A DNA stretch of 64,000 nt from Marsupella aquatica. Lineage: Eukaryota > Plantae > Marchantiophyta. A program made the position numbers and the translations under genes. The stretch covers positions 11,734,359 to 11,798,358 of the forward strand of contig OZ316893.1 in NCBI GenBank assembly GCA_973895155.1, written 5' to 3'. Of this stretch, positions 48,980 to 61,709 are shown piece by piece; positions within the stretch are counted from its first letter, which is position 1, and every line of letters begins with the position of its first letter. Below the pieces are notes generated by a model. It had not been told where the DNA came from and ran no database searches. It worked only from the letters and a program-made list of their open reading frames with translations.

Positions 48980-49058
48980 ATAGAGAGGGGATTGAACCTA
49001 GGAGCTCTTAGTTCCAGGCTCATCATCCCCTGGCCAACTGAACTATGCCAGCTGGTGT
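48980..49058 (-). other. tRNA-like Pol III internal promoter (A and B boxes), as in a SINE head or LTR-embedded tRNA relic
   Basis: Minus strand has TAGTTCAGTTGG (49045-49034) and GGTTCAATCC (48998-48989) at tRNA-like spacing; no intact acceptor stem. Confidence 0.55.
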
Positions 49059-52000
49059 CTCTCGTAGTATACTTGGTGGGGGAGCCTCACATCTTGTTGT
49101 GTGAGCTCTCTCTGCTTCTCGCTCTCAGTCTCTGGGAGCGCTCACTCGATTCGTCTACTCGGTTGCAATATGATACAGTCATGATAAGATTATGACGGGT
49201 GGATCTTCTTCACTTCTATAGTAGTAAAAGCTTGAAGCATTTTGTTGAAGTTCTGCGGAGCAATCTGAGCTCTATTTGTTAACATTCTGTTTTGTTCAAG
49301 TTGCTTCGCAACCAGGTCAAAGCATTTTCTCAAGCTCTGGCAAAAAAGCCTTTGCTCGATCTTCTCACACTTTGTGTCGGTATCATTCGCTGCTTTACTA
49401 AACTACCTGTACCTGTAGGTAGGTAGGTCTGAGGTTTTTGTCAAAACTGAGCACAGAAATCTCAGCTTTACAAATGCTTGTCTGTCTGTATAAATTGGCT
49501 TTTTGAGCATTCAGCGCTCTTTGAATTTACTGATGTTTCAATTTGACGTACTGAAATCTCTGCAGTGATAGCTCCTGCAGTACACCTCAATGTCTCTGAG
49601 GCAATCGGGCGACATCGTCTAACAACTATCTGACATAGAAATTAAGACCGAGAACGCTTTTCTTGGGGAGAGCCCTCACTTCGCTCGGGAATAGTGCAGG
49701 TGAAGGGACGATAAGCATGGCTATGGCGGGGGCTATTATTGCTCCCAGGAGCAACACGACGTCGGCTCTCTTCGGAGATGAGTCCGCGTGTAGCACCTGC
49801 TGCCGCGCTCCCCATTTTGGAGATGGTGAAATATTTTGATCTTTTGATGTATCAGGAAGTATCCCATTTTGTTGTTTTGATTTATATGAAAGAAGCCACA
49901 ATAACATTTTGTGAATTAATTTTGTGAAGACCTTTATGAAAACAATTTGAAGATTATCTAAGTATTGGCTTGTGAGGGCACGACGCCATGATGAGAGGGC
50001 TATGTGACACCTTGAATTTTTTGCAAATTATTGAAAGATGGAAATGAGGTGCAAATTTTCCCAATTATTGCCCTTTTGAAACTCAAATACCCAAATTTAC
50101 CTTGTTGAATATTTTTGTGAAGGATGCCACCCAGAAACGTCCCAAAGGCAAACTGTATTTAACAGACCCCCCTAATTGTTTAGAGGTCTTCCTGACCTTA
50201 GAGTAATCTAAATTTTTTTGTGCTTGATCCTTGATATTCAAACTCCATATTAGCAAGAATTTAACCTTTTTCATGTTGCGTAGTTTAGATTTTAAATTAA
50301 ATTCTTACGACATCTAGGTGTTTCCTCTTACACCTTCTGTATGCACCATTCAATTTTTTTTCTTTTTCCAGGTATGAAAAGACATGTCTTATTCAATAAT
50401 GAAGATTGCTGATTAGTTTTTTCTCCTTCCATTTTAACAAGTCATTGAGAGTCAAAGTCTTGTATGGAAGTAAAGCTTGTTGTTATAAAGAGTGATTGAC
50501 TTCAGAAGATTCTTTCGAGTGACTAAATTTGATTATTAGCTTTTGAGGTTGATATCGAATTCACTACTAGGTCTGCTTGTTGTGACAAGATTTGCTAGTC
50601 AATTTGAGAATGAATGCTTGAATGTGAGAAGCAAAATTCCATTTTCACAGTAAATAGTACCGTTACTTTGCACTGGAATAAATTTTAGAGTTTGACTTGA
50701 ATTGCGTTTCGCTAAGAGTTGAACCATGTTGACAACATTTTAAGGTTTATCTTTGCATTCATAACCTAAAATCTATTTTGGGTTTGGTGAGCAAGATTTC
50801 TTTCATTTCGTATTGTCATAGATTAAGAGGAAAGAAAGATTGACAAGATTAATTTTATTTGCATATAAAAAGACCATATTTCTTTCTGAAGGAGTGGCAA
50901 TATCAAAGTGTAATTACCCACATATCCTTCTATAGCTAGCATAATTATGATTATATGTCGTAATCCTAGATCTAAGAGTAAATACCTAACATAATTGAGC
51001 TCTTCACTTAATCAAGTTGGCTCAGACTTTGGGGTAGCTACAAACATGACCTACAATGAGACAACACAAAGACGTCACACCATGGCCTTCAATCCCAAAA
51101 GCGCGTTTGTATTTCTTTTGGCAAGAAAGAATGACGTGAATTCTTTTTGAAAAAATTTATTTGTTATATTATGTGTTGCTTCTGATCTTGTAAGTCAAAT
51201 GGATGGTCCTATCAGTATTATAGCACTAGCAAAATACGTTGACATATAGCTAAACAAAATCCAAAAATTGTGTCTACAAGATAAGAAGATAATATAGTTT
51301 ATAAACAAATTTCATTGATATTCAACCATCCTGCCTATAAGGTAAGTATCCATCTTGTTGATAGGTAGTGATATAAGTTTTTTTCAACTGATTGTAAATT
51401 ATATTTGAAAATAATTTGTCAATTTATAATCTAATATTGAATTGACATACTTGTAATGTTAATCTTACAAAACATATCATATACTAAATATCTTATAAAA
51501 ATTAAAAAACTCAATATCAAAATGATTTATTAATAGTGTTCATTTATATTTAAAAACTGTACAAAAGTTCATATACTCCAATAAAAAATGATAGAATTTT
51601 TTCCAATCAATTATAAATTATAATTGAAAAACATTTACAAATAATATACCAAATTGTAAACCAATATCAAACTCATGTACTAGTAAGGTTAATGTTAAAA
51701 AATTGTGCAATATACTTGGATATACTACAAAAATTGAAATAACCAATATCAAAGAAATATAAAATGATTCTTTAGTCTTACAAGTTGTATCATATTGATG
51801 TGATATATTGATTTGATATATTGATTTGATTCACTAATATGTATAACTAACATTGCAAAAGTTTGAGTGATCTAGTACTCAAGTAATTTTTCATTGTGAG
51901 GTTGTGACTTCAAACAACCCATTACTTATATGGATCCATGATAATTGTAAACTCTACAACAGTATCATGAAAATAAAGCACAACTGTGTTACACTGTCCA

Positions 52001-52342
52001 TTTCTATGGGCTGCATGTGCCTATAATAAATAATATTTTTCTTATTGTAAAATTTTCATTTGGGGTATTTTCATTCATCTTTTTTTTGCCCTCCTACTCA
52101 ATTTATGTTTTTTTTGGCATTCACGTCAACTCAATTCATGCCACAAATATGGCATGCGTGAAGGCAAAAAAAAGATCTGGACCGTTACTAGGTTGTACCG
52201 GCTCACCCCGGTTCCTCCACAATTCTCGGCTACCGCCGATCGCGACTGTGTCGGAACCTGGTCGGCCCGTTACAAACTAGTAACAGTCAACCAGACCGTC
52301 ATTATCCTGGACATACTACACGAGTACCATGCCCTAGGCAAT

Positions 52343-52521
52343 GAGGTATTTGTTTGATCGACCCCCAAAATAAAACTTGTTTCTTGATCGACCCCGTGAG
52401 GTCTATGAACGGCCCAGATCTGAGATCGAAAGGTCCATCAATGGTCCAGATTGAGCAAAAGTATCGAGGGTGTTGATTAGGCAAACTTTTTTAAGAAGGG
52501 GGTCTACTAAGCATATCCCTC
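52343..52521. mobile_element. Mutator-like MITE upstream of HCF106
   Basis: Imperfect TIRs gaggtatttgtttgatcgaccccc and gggggtctactaagcatatccctc; flanking direct repeat cctaggcaa(t/c) at 52333-52342 and 52522-52531. Confidence 0.7.
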
Positions 52522-52989
52522 CCTAGGCAACAAAGGCTGGGGTACCAAGTCTTTGCTGACTTCACAGTGTGCCCTGATTTCAATGGGCCAAATCGTAGTA
52601 ATTGTGGCCCCAAAAGCATTAATGGGGGCGAAAGTACTGTACTGTGTCATCATCACATTTGGAGTGATGGAATAATTCCGATATTACATCATTATTAGAC
52701 GGAGACGAGCAACGGAGCGAAACGAAACGCGATGAGTGTAAATGGAATGGAGCGGAAGATTCGTGTGTGCTACAGCCAACAGTACCCTCGCTTGGTTCAT
52801 TTGGGAGAAGTGTATCGTGTTGTTTGGGTAGCGTTGATGATGCGTGTGGGTGAGGTAGAGAAGAAGAGAAGAAAGGAGCATCGAGGGCCCGAAAGGAAGG
52901 AAGGATTCTTCATTGTTTGGAGTGGGCAGAGTAGTTGAGCCCTTTCTGCCAGTCTGGTGATCGATTTTTGGTTGTTGGTGGGCGTAACG

Positions 52990-55022
52990 ATGCCATCTGG
53001 GGTAGCAGGATGCAAGAGCAGCGGCAGCGGCAGCATGGCGTGGATTTCTAACGGGAGCACGCAGTCTCGTCTCAAAACTTTCCGCCAAGTGCGTGCCACC
53101 TTTCGTGGCCATCGCAGTATCGGAGCGACCTCGGAATGTCGACTGCTGTGCCGGACAGGGTTGAGTTTCGTCACCTCGTGGCACGGGCGCTCTCACCTTG
53201 GAGAAATCGTGCGAGTTTTTGAAGGTTCGTTGTCTTCTCCTTTCCCATCCTTCCACATCTGTGCTGAGCAATTCGGTCTGTATACCTTTCGTCAATCATC
53301 TTCTGCTTTATCGTCCGTGAGAGATAAATTGAAGGTCTTATAGACGCCCTTGCGAGAATGAAAACAATGGAAGCCTTACAGGATTTTTTTGAGGACAATT
53401 CGTTTGATCTCCGGGGGTTTAGCCAATTCCCTCAGTCGTACAGAGTTGGTAGATTAGTTGAGGTGAATGCCGCGGAACGTTCTCCCACCGGCTGATGTCC
53501 TCGAGGGTTTTCATACTTCGCCCTGAAAGTGTTGACCTGGCCTGGAGTGCAGGAAGACATTGCTCGGATTCTTCTAGAAGAGGTGTAGCAGGAAGGGTTC
53601 ACGCGTCGTTGTTTGGAGTCGGGGCGCCAGAGGCGCTGGTGATCGGTGTAGTGGCCCTAGTCGTGTTTGGTCCAAAAGGACTCGCGGAAGTGAGCTGAAT
53701 TTCCAGACCCTCACTCTCCAGTGTGACTTTTACCTACGTATTTACCTGCGGAGTGAGGATTCGATTGGCACCTTGGGGTTTTACTCATTTTGAACAGTTT
53801 ATCATGAATTCAAGACCTAGCAATCTCTTGATGTTGTTCTATATGAGGGGATTCCAATTCCCACTGCCGGATTGGTAATGTTTCCTGCAGATTGCACGCA
53901 CATTAGGGAAGTCCTTGAAAGCGTTCCAACCGACCATTCAAGAACTGCAAGTAAGTAAGAACCGTTGAGCATCATGGCAGGCAGCGTAACCTATGGGTCA
54001 TGGGGTTAGGATGGTATGGTCGGTCAAGAATAGTGCCAAACTGCCTCGTTTACAAGTTCAGGAATGCATAGAGACCTCCGTCAGTAACAGAAGTGTGGCC
54101 AGGGATTGTGACATCGGCTGAAAATGCTTTCATTGTGCTTTCATTTCGGTAGCTAGAGATTAGTTGCCTTTCTGGTCTGTAAACAATGGCGACACTCCGT
54201 TACGTTTTCGCTTTTGTTTGAGGCCATTTGGTATCATCCTGGACATCTAAATGATGGTCAGCGGTGCACTGGACGTTCAGCAAGTATCCAGGGAATTCAA
54301 GAACACTCTGGAGCAGGAGATAGGGTTGGATGAGCTGCGAAACCCAAAGCCTACGGACAAACCCCCGACATATCAACAAGCTCCTCAACAGCAACCTCCG
54401 CAACCAGATTCCCGGAGTAAGAACTGCGTTATGCAAAACTCGTTTTCAGTGTCATCTCTGGAGATGTTTTTAAGAAATGTTTTGGCTGGATTAGACGTAT
54501 CTGTCGTTACAAACGTCTAACCCTATGGTTTCCACCTTCGCATGTTGGTTTATTTCTAGCCTTGGTGATAATTGGCTTTCTGATCACGTATTTACTGGAT
54601 GGATTTTCTGCTAAGATGATGGAGTAGCTGAGGCGAGGGCATACACAGCTGATGATTACGTTGGAGTCACTCGAGAGCAAGCCAAAGCTCTTGTTCCTGA
54701 AGACCTACGTCGAGGTGAGCCTTGTAGTCTTTGCTCTTCTCATGGACTTCTCTGTTATATAGTGTTTCTGTGCGTGCCTTCCTCCCGGGTTTCACATTTT
54801 CTTTCCTCGTTTGCATCTGGTTCTAGAACGTTTGATCAACTTACTGATTGGATGCTTTAGAACTATTCTCCTTAGAGTTGGAATTCTTAGGATATACTTT
54901 TACTCGTTTTGGCAGAAGCTGAAGCTGCTGCCTGGGGAAGTTCGCCTCCACCGAAGGTTCCTGCGGAGAACGAGACCAAGGAAGTTGTCAGTGATCAAGA
55001 AAAATCTGAAAATGAGTCTTGA
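52990..55022 (+). CDS. HCF106: Chloroplast twin-arginine translocase subunit TatB; exons 52990 (or 53035)-53224, 53553-53689, 53891-53950, 54281-54416, 54616-54714, 54916-55022
   Basis: ASLFGVGAPEALVIGVVALVVFGPKGLAE|IARTLGKSLKAFQPTIQELQ|QVSREFKNTLEQEIGLDEL...AYTADDY. All introns are GT-AG with consistent phases; Ser/Arg-rich transit-peptide-like N-terminus. Confidence 0.93.
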
Positions 55023-58000
55023 CTGGTCTGGGAGGCACGTTGTTCATCCTGTGGCTGCAAGTTTTGCTGATTTCGTTAGTTCTTTGCTTCTAGTGCAGTG
55101 AAGATCATGCTGTTTGATCACTTGATGACTTATAATTTGTTAACTGAATTTGAGTGTTCCCCTTAATCGAAAGAATGTTTATCAAGCAACGCAATTTTGC
55201 TTGGCTCTAGTCGTCTGAGAATGGACTCATTTCCAACGCCTGATGTACAGTTACATTTCTCCCAACCTCAAACAGACTTCGCTGCGAAAATTGTGAGGGA
55301 TACTCTGGATGCAATTCTCATAAGCTGTCTAACATCTGGAGGACGAGCTGAAATGGCAGGACATCTTGATTAAGCTTCACTTGGACATTTCCATTGAGAT
55401 GGTCGTGAGTTAACTGAGCTAGAGTTTTCGGGGGAACTTAATTGCAGTTTTATTCTGTGCTTCGACTATTGATGCCTTAAAGCGTAGAAACTCTCAACTT
55501 ACATTATCACCAATGGAAATTTCAAAGAGAATTGTAAGAAGATCATGTTGGGGCGTCAGAGTCCAGGAATGAGAAGAACATGTTTCAGAATGGGACCAAT
55601 GTTAGTTTTCCTAATTGCAAGACAGACATCTGTGGCTTCCTTAAACCACGCATCCGGGTATAAGGGGCTTTGCGTAACGCTGAGTCCCCATACCAAGTGA
55701 AGCCAGCGAAAAGATGAGCTATGCAGCAGTGCCTCATAGCTGCGCCTACCCTCGGCCATAGGGTGCGATCTATGGCTCAAATATCTATGTCTCAACAAAA
55801 TCTCATGTAAAATGGTTTATCATTTCACGAGAAATGATGGAAAAATGAATGGTGCGTTCTGATTGGTTTGATTCAAAATTTAAATTTTGAGGAAGATTGA
55901 TCTAGGCCGTCTGATTGTTTTGTCTCCACAAATCTCATCTGTTTATCATATTGGTCAATCTATGGATGGGTTTTTTAGGTTTTGTAAAGGGTTATATTTC
56001 TCAAATGAAAAATAAAACAAATCTAAGCTCTCCTGGCTGTCCATTTGTGGATTTTTCAATCTCTGCCGTTCATTGTTTATTGCATCTTAAAATCTTGTCT
56101 GTCCATGTTAGAAGGCAATCTAGGGTGCAAAAAGAAAGATCTCCACGAGATCTACAGTTGGGTGTTTTTGGTTTCGAGAATGAGTAAATATTTTTTACAA
56201 GGAAATTTAGTGAACTTTGGAGTTGCAAGCCATCCCTCCTGCCTGCTTCCCTGTGCCCTGCCCAGCATTTATGGCCGTACAGTACCAGGCTCCTTTAAAT
56301 ACCCCGTTGCGTGGTTTAATAGTTTCGGAGAGTCATATAGCTGGCTCAGTGCCAAGTTTTACCTTCAATGTGAAATTGATACCCTCAGAAACACTGGCCA
56401 ATTCCCACTTTGGAACAAAAGTGCTTTGAAAGAATGTCGACATAGAGTTGACTAAAGATTGGGGTACCTATTAAAACACATTGGCGGTTCAAATATGAAT
56501 TCATATAGAGCTCATACCTTGAACCAATGTGATCACATGAATTGACTGATAGTGAGATGAACCGCATCACTCATAGTTCGTCTCTGAAGCAGTGCACTAT
56601 CCTACCTCCCCCATCCTACCTCGTCCGCCTAGCTCACAAGCCCCCTTAAGTATGTGAGATAAAAGTAGAAGTACTGAACGCAATGGCCAATTGCAAGCAA
56701 AACTGTCTAAGTTCCCTAATTATTTGCGGACAAAGATAATGTGAATGTTTGGGAGAGACACGAGGCAATCGAGAGAAGCTGTATATGGTGAACCCACCTT
56801 TCAGATTTTGTCTTATTAAGATTTTATGTTCAGGATTTTTATTTTAATGTGCCTTAACTAGGTGAATCATTTGTATTAATTTGATTTTAAATTAACTTTT
56901 GGACCCCTTTTAATTTTAGTGAACTTAGAGTATCTTGAATATATCTGGCTCCCCTCATAAATGTTTAACCTTCCATTTCAATCATTCCTTAGTGAATTAT
57001 CTTTTTTCTGATGAAAGTGAGAGATATATTTGAACAATGTGCACATTTGGTGTACTGAGTTCTCCTCATGACTTCTTTTACAAAACTTTATGATTTTAAT
57101 TGAGTTGATTGTCATTATCTAGAAAGCCAGTGGAAATGTACTGTATGTACAAATAAATGAAGGTATCTTAAAACATACTTTATGGGGATCATTAAAAATT
57201 GTTCTTGATAATCTAGGGATTACATTCAGTGATATCTACAACTAAAATAAAGAAGCCACTACAGACTCATAAGAAGCCGCTTCTTTTCCTGAAATTGGAC
57301 TTCACAAAAGCTTACGACCGGGTTGAACATTCGTTTCTGTGGTCGGTCCTCCGTGCCATGAACTTTTACGAAGGTGTGATCAAACTCATTAGGGGACTGG
57401 TTGAAGGCACTCAATCAAAGGTACACATCAACGGCAGATTCACCGACCCTATCACACTTGGTAGAGGTGTCAGGCAAGGCTGCCCTCTCTCCTCCCTCCT
57501 TTTTGTTCTCACCACACAGCCGCTGATGGCCCTGATCCAGAGGAATTTACAGGATGGAAGCCTGAAAGGTCTGCCGATGGCAACGCCAAATTTGCCACCA
57601 ACTTTTTGCGGATGACACGGGAATGTTTCTCGACGCCACCCTTCAAGAATTTCAAACTGCAAGAGACACTATACAGAGATAAGAAACCATGTCCGGAGCA
57701 CTCCTCAACGTGAGTGAATCCAAGATCATTCCGCTTTTTCTGGTGGATGGATTGTATCCTGGGTGGCTCAATGACACTGGATGTAGAGTTGCTCAGCCTG
57801 GAGAAATCACTGAGTACTTGGGCTGCCCAATTGGGTACAAGGTCCGGCCATCGCATGCCACTGAATTTCTGTTAGGGAAAGTGAGGAAAAAACTCAATCA
57901 CTGGACCAACTGTAGCTTAACTATGTCTGGGAGATTCATTCTCCTCAAGCATGTTGTGAGAGCCTTACCAGTTTACCATCTGATGACCATGGAGCTCCAG

Positions 58001-58191
58001 ATCACAGGGTACAACGAGCTGGAAAAATTCTGTAGACTCTTTCTCTGGGGCACATCGTCTACCAAGGGGCAAAAGAAAGCGTTGATTGCATGGAAAGAGC
58101 TCACTGTCCCAAAAGATGTTGGAGGATTGGGCATCTTACCCTTCTCTGACATTGCACATGCCCTGAAGATGAGGCATTTATCCAAACTCAT

Positions 58192-58405
58192 CCGCAAAGA
58201 GGATAAAGAATGGGTGAAGATGGCACACCTGATCATTGAAGCCGGGCTGAAGACCGCTCCCCGCAAAGAGGATAAAGAATGGGTGAAGATGGCACACCTG
58301 ATCATTGAAGCCGGGCTGAAGACCGCTCCCCGCAAAGAGGATAAAGAATGGGTGAAGATGGCACACCTGATCATTGAAGCCGGGCTGAAGACCGCTCCCC
58401 GCAAA
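58192..58405 (+). repeat. Exact in-frame 69-bp triplication inside LINE ORF2
   Basis: Units start at 58192, 58261 and 58330 and encode RKEDKEWVKMAHLIIEAGLKTAP three times. Confidence 0.95.
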
Positions 58406-59273
58406 AAGGAGAGACGTAGATGGAGTGCTAATGAAGCCATCTTGCTCTACGACAAGCTGGACATCTAAGGATCCGCCACCATCAGGGGATTACTACAAGG
58501 TTGGTATGCAAAATGTTCGCAGCTAACCTTTAACTTCGGAGTGGGAGAGCTCCCATACAGAACATCGACGGAGCAAATTGTTCTCCTCTACACCACAGGT
58601 AACCCAAGAGGATGGATTGGAACTACGGCGATACCTGGCCAACGAGCTGGCCAACCGCAATATCAAGCGGATAGATGACCTGTGGGGGACACAATATGGA
58701 TGGATGCAAGAGAATATCCTCAACAACAGAATCAGAAGCAACCAACACAGGGGATACACTATATTCACTAGGTTCTACACCCTGGCTGCTTAAAGGATGC
58801 AGTGGTCTCAGCAATAGGAGACTGCATGACTGTGAAGGATGGAAGTGGAGCTAGCATGGGCGCAACCAGGGATGGATTTTTCCCAATAGAGTCTGGAAAA
58901 ATTGCTCCCCGCCCACTCCTCTAGACACAACCAAACTGAAGAGACGATGGCGGCAACAAATTACAGTTACATAGTGGAGCAAACTGTGGAAGCTGTTATG
59001 GAAGGGATGGACTACACCAAATGTAAGGTTTTTCATTTGGAGATTACTACACCACATGTGGGTTCTTCACCAACGGCAGAGGCAGCCATTGGAAGGTTTG
59101 CGACAGAAGCTGCTCCCGTTGCAAGTCCCACGTTGAAACTACAGAACATCTGTTTTTTAGCTACTCTAAGGTCAATGAACGTTGGGGAGAAATACACCAA
59201 TTGGTGCAAGGTGCTTCCGCCTTAGCCTCCCCACCCACTCACTTTTCAAGGCTACCTCTAGAGCTATCATTAA

Positions 59274-59478
59274 ACCACACCTGCACCTATAAAGGGCTAC
59301 GGGTAACCCGTAGCTCTTATTGTAAAGAGAAATTGTTTAAGAATGGACTTTGAGCTCCACAAAAGGTCCTGATTGCAAAACCGGTTTTTGGCAAGTATTC
59401 CACAAAAAGTGCTAGCCTTCCACCTTTTATGGTGAGTAGTGAGACATGGAATGAGGCTTTTATAGTGGCAGGTGTGGT
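59274..59478. mobile_element. About 205-bp MITE inserted in the LINE at TTAA or TA
   Basis: ttaa-accacacctgcacctataaag at the left and cttttatagtggcaggtgtggt-ttaa at the right form inverted termini. Confidence 0.75.
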
Positions 59479-60949
59479 TTAAGCAAAAGAGGAAGCCAGG
59501 CCCTATTGTGATGATTATGGAGCTATGCAGCAGCATCTGGAAGGAGAGGAATGCAGACATGTACTCCCAATTCCTTGGTCATCTCGGGGTGGGTGACCTT
59601 GCCGCATACGGAGGTCCACCTGAGATCCATGCTTAGCAACTGTAAATCTGGCAAGAACAAAAAAACAGATTATGACTGCCTTGGCACAACTTAACATTGC
59701 CCTGGCACCATGGGCTATGACTGACAGCCCCACTGCTCTTAACCCTTTCAATGATGAAGATTGAAGACTTCAGCAAGCGGGGACAACAGCCCTGGAGGCG
59801 CTTACATAGGAAGATTTTTAGGAACAGATTTGGTCACCATGCTCAATACTTCGGAGCGTAGTCTGTTAATTTGCATTGCATCCAACACAATACCCAACCT
59901 TCCAGGATCCCTAAAGAGGCATTTCAGAGGAACCTTGAGAAATTAGTCACCTTCAGGAACTACAGTAGGGGAGGAAACTTTAGACAGCATAACTGCAGGG
60001 GCATTTGGGAGGCTGACCTTGTGTGGCAGCCCTCTCTCTCTTGGCCTGATTAGATGGGGTTCTTTGGCTTTGCTGTGTGCTCCCGGGCGGCCGTCGTCCC
60101 CGGGGTCTCATCTGTGCTTTTTCTTGGTTTTCCCTGGTTTTGTGGGATCAAGTCTCAATGAAAAAAATATAAAATAAAAAGCCCACCAAAAGTCGTCAGT
60201 AGTCCCTTTACAATTCAGATTTGGTGGGAACAAATCCTGACCATTGGATTTATGTTAGGTTTAATTCTAGCCTTTTTTTAATTTAAATTTTTCAATAAAA
60301 CCCATGAAACCCCCCGGGAAAGGGGGCCAAAAAGGCAACAAAGTTTAATTCTATCCTTTGATCAGCTAGAACTAAGTGTCCACCAAAGCGAATAGGACCT
60401 TAGGGTACTTAGGTGGTAATAATTATGAGGGGAGACCTAAGGGGTACAAGTTAAGTACACCTAAACTTTTTGGTACACATGCGTATATTTAATAGAGTTA
60501 TTCAATCATTACATGTTAAAAGCATATGTATTTAAAAGAAAATAGAGGTAGAATTAGGAATATGAAAAAACCTAAAATGGATTTATGAAATTGTGAAGAA
60601 TAAATTTTCTAACGGGCGTGAAGTTAAGTAGTGTTTTCTTCAAAAAGCTAAAAACTAATTATTTAAGGGCCAAAACAAACTCATGGAAAACTGAGAACCA
60701 ATCTTGATCCTTCATCCAATTTTATTTTTTGGATTTTGTCAGATTTGTCTATGAACATCATTTAGAATAAATGTTTGTCCTTTAGCCTGCCCCACAGCTG
60801 CCTCATAAAAACATAATTAAACTCTATGATGTGATGACCACTATCTCTCATTTTTATGTGCAGCGCACTTATTATGAACACCACCACAACAACTATGTAG
60901 TCATTCAAGATCACACATAACATGTGTGATCACTACATCGTAAAGCGTA

Positions 60950-61371
60950 TTTGTTTTTGCCTTGCCTTGATATCTTTTTCTAATCTTTACATATTTATTT
61001 CTTCTCAACATCTTTATCTTACCCTGATATTTTTTCTTTCCTTGAGATCTTTTATCACCTGGTTTGACATATTTTTCTTGCCTCAACATCTTATTTTTCT
61101 AATCTTGCCATCTTTTTCTCACATTCAGATCTTTTCCTCAACCTGACATTTTTCCTCTCCTTGAGATCTTTCCTTCATCTTTACGTCTCTTTGTCACCTT
61201 ACCATCTTTTCTCTCCTCGACATTTTTTCTCACCTCGACTTCTTTTTTTCACCTTGATATTTTGTTCTCATTGACATCTTTTTTCTTGCTTTTTTCACCT
61301 CAATATCTTTTCCTCACGTTGACATCTTTTCTCACCTCAACATCTTTGTGCAACGTAAGGCATCAAGCTAG
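60950..61371 (+). repeat. Pyrimidine-rich degenerate repeats ending in a possible Helitron 3' terminus
   Basis: tttttctcacct(c/t)(a/g)acatc repeats, then gtgcaacgtaaggcatcaagCTAG followed by T at 61368-61372. Confidence 0.4.
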
Positions 61372-61709
61372 TTTGTAGTATTAATTTCACAAGGCTGTTT
61401 GGTTGGATATTGTTGAACATTGATAGTTTTGTCCAAAAGTATCCTATCATTGAGCAGATCACCAATAATTACAACTTTAAGTCCATTCTTCCAGTAACTA
61501 TATATATTGGTGACCTTCCATCTGAGTTTTTAGTTTAGTAAGAAGAATATATATTTGGCATTTAGGTCTTCAAGGTAGAGAAACTAACTGCTCTAAGAAA
61601 TATCACATCGTATTAAATCAATCACACATGACATAGCCAACAATGAAAGTACATGGTTCATCTTGTCTAGGCAATGCTTGTTGTTGAGAAAAGATGATAT
61701 TCACAACGA

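Larger units (their letters stand above)
57260..60180 (+). mobile_element. 5'-truncated degenerate L1-clade LINE (RT, C-terminal region, A-rich tail)
   Basis: LKLDFTKAYDRVEH...RGVRQGCPLS...FADD (frameshifted)...EYLGCPIG...LIAWKELTVPKDVGGLG; tail tcaatgaaaaaaatataaaataaaaa at about 60155-60180. Confidence 0.88.

Noticed and set aside
48980-49058. Functional tRNA gene
   Set aside because: A and B boxes are present, but the acceptor and anticodon stems do not pair.
49560-49930. Small gene or exon
   Set aside because: A GC-richer patch with short ORFs but no recognisable homology or consistent exon chain.
52684-53398. Antisense ORFs over HCF106 exon 1
   Set aside because: They overlap a well-supported sense gene and its 5' region and show no motif.
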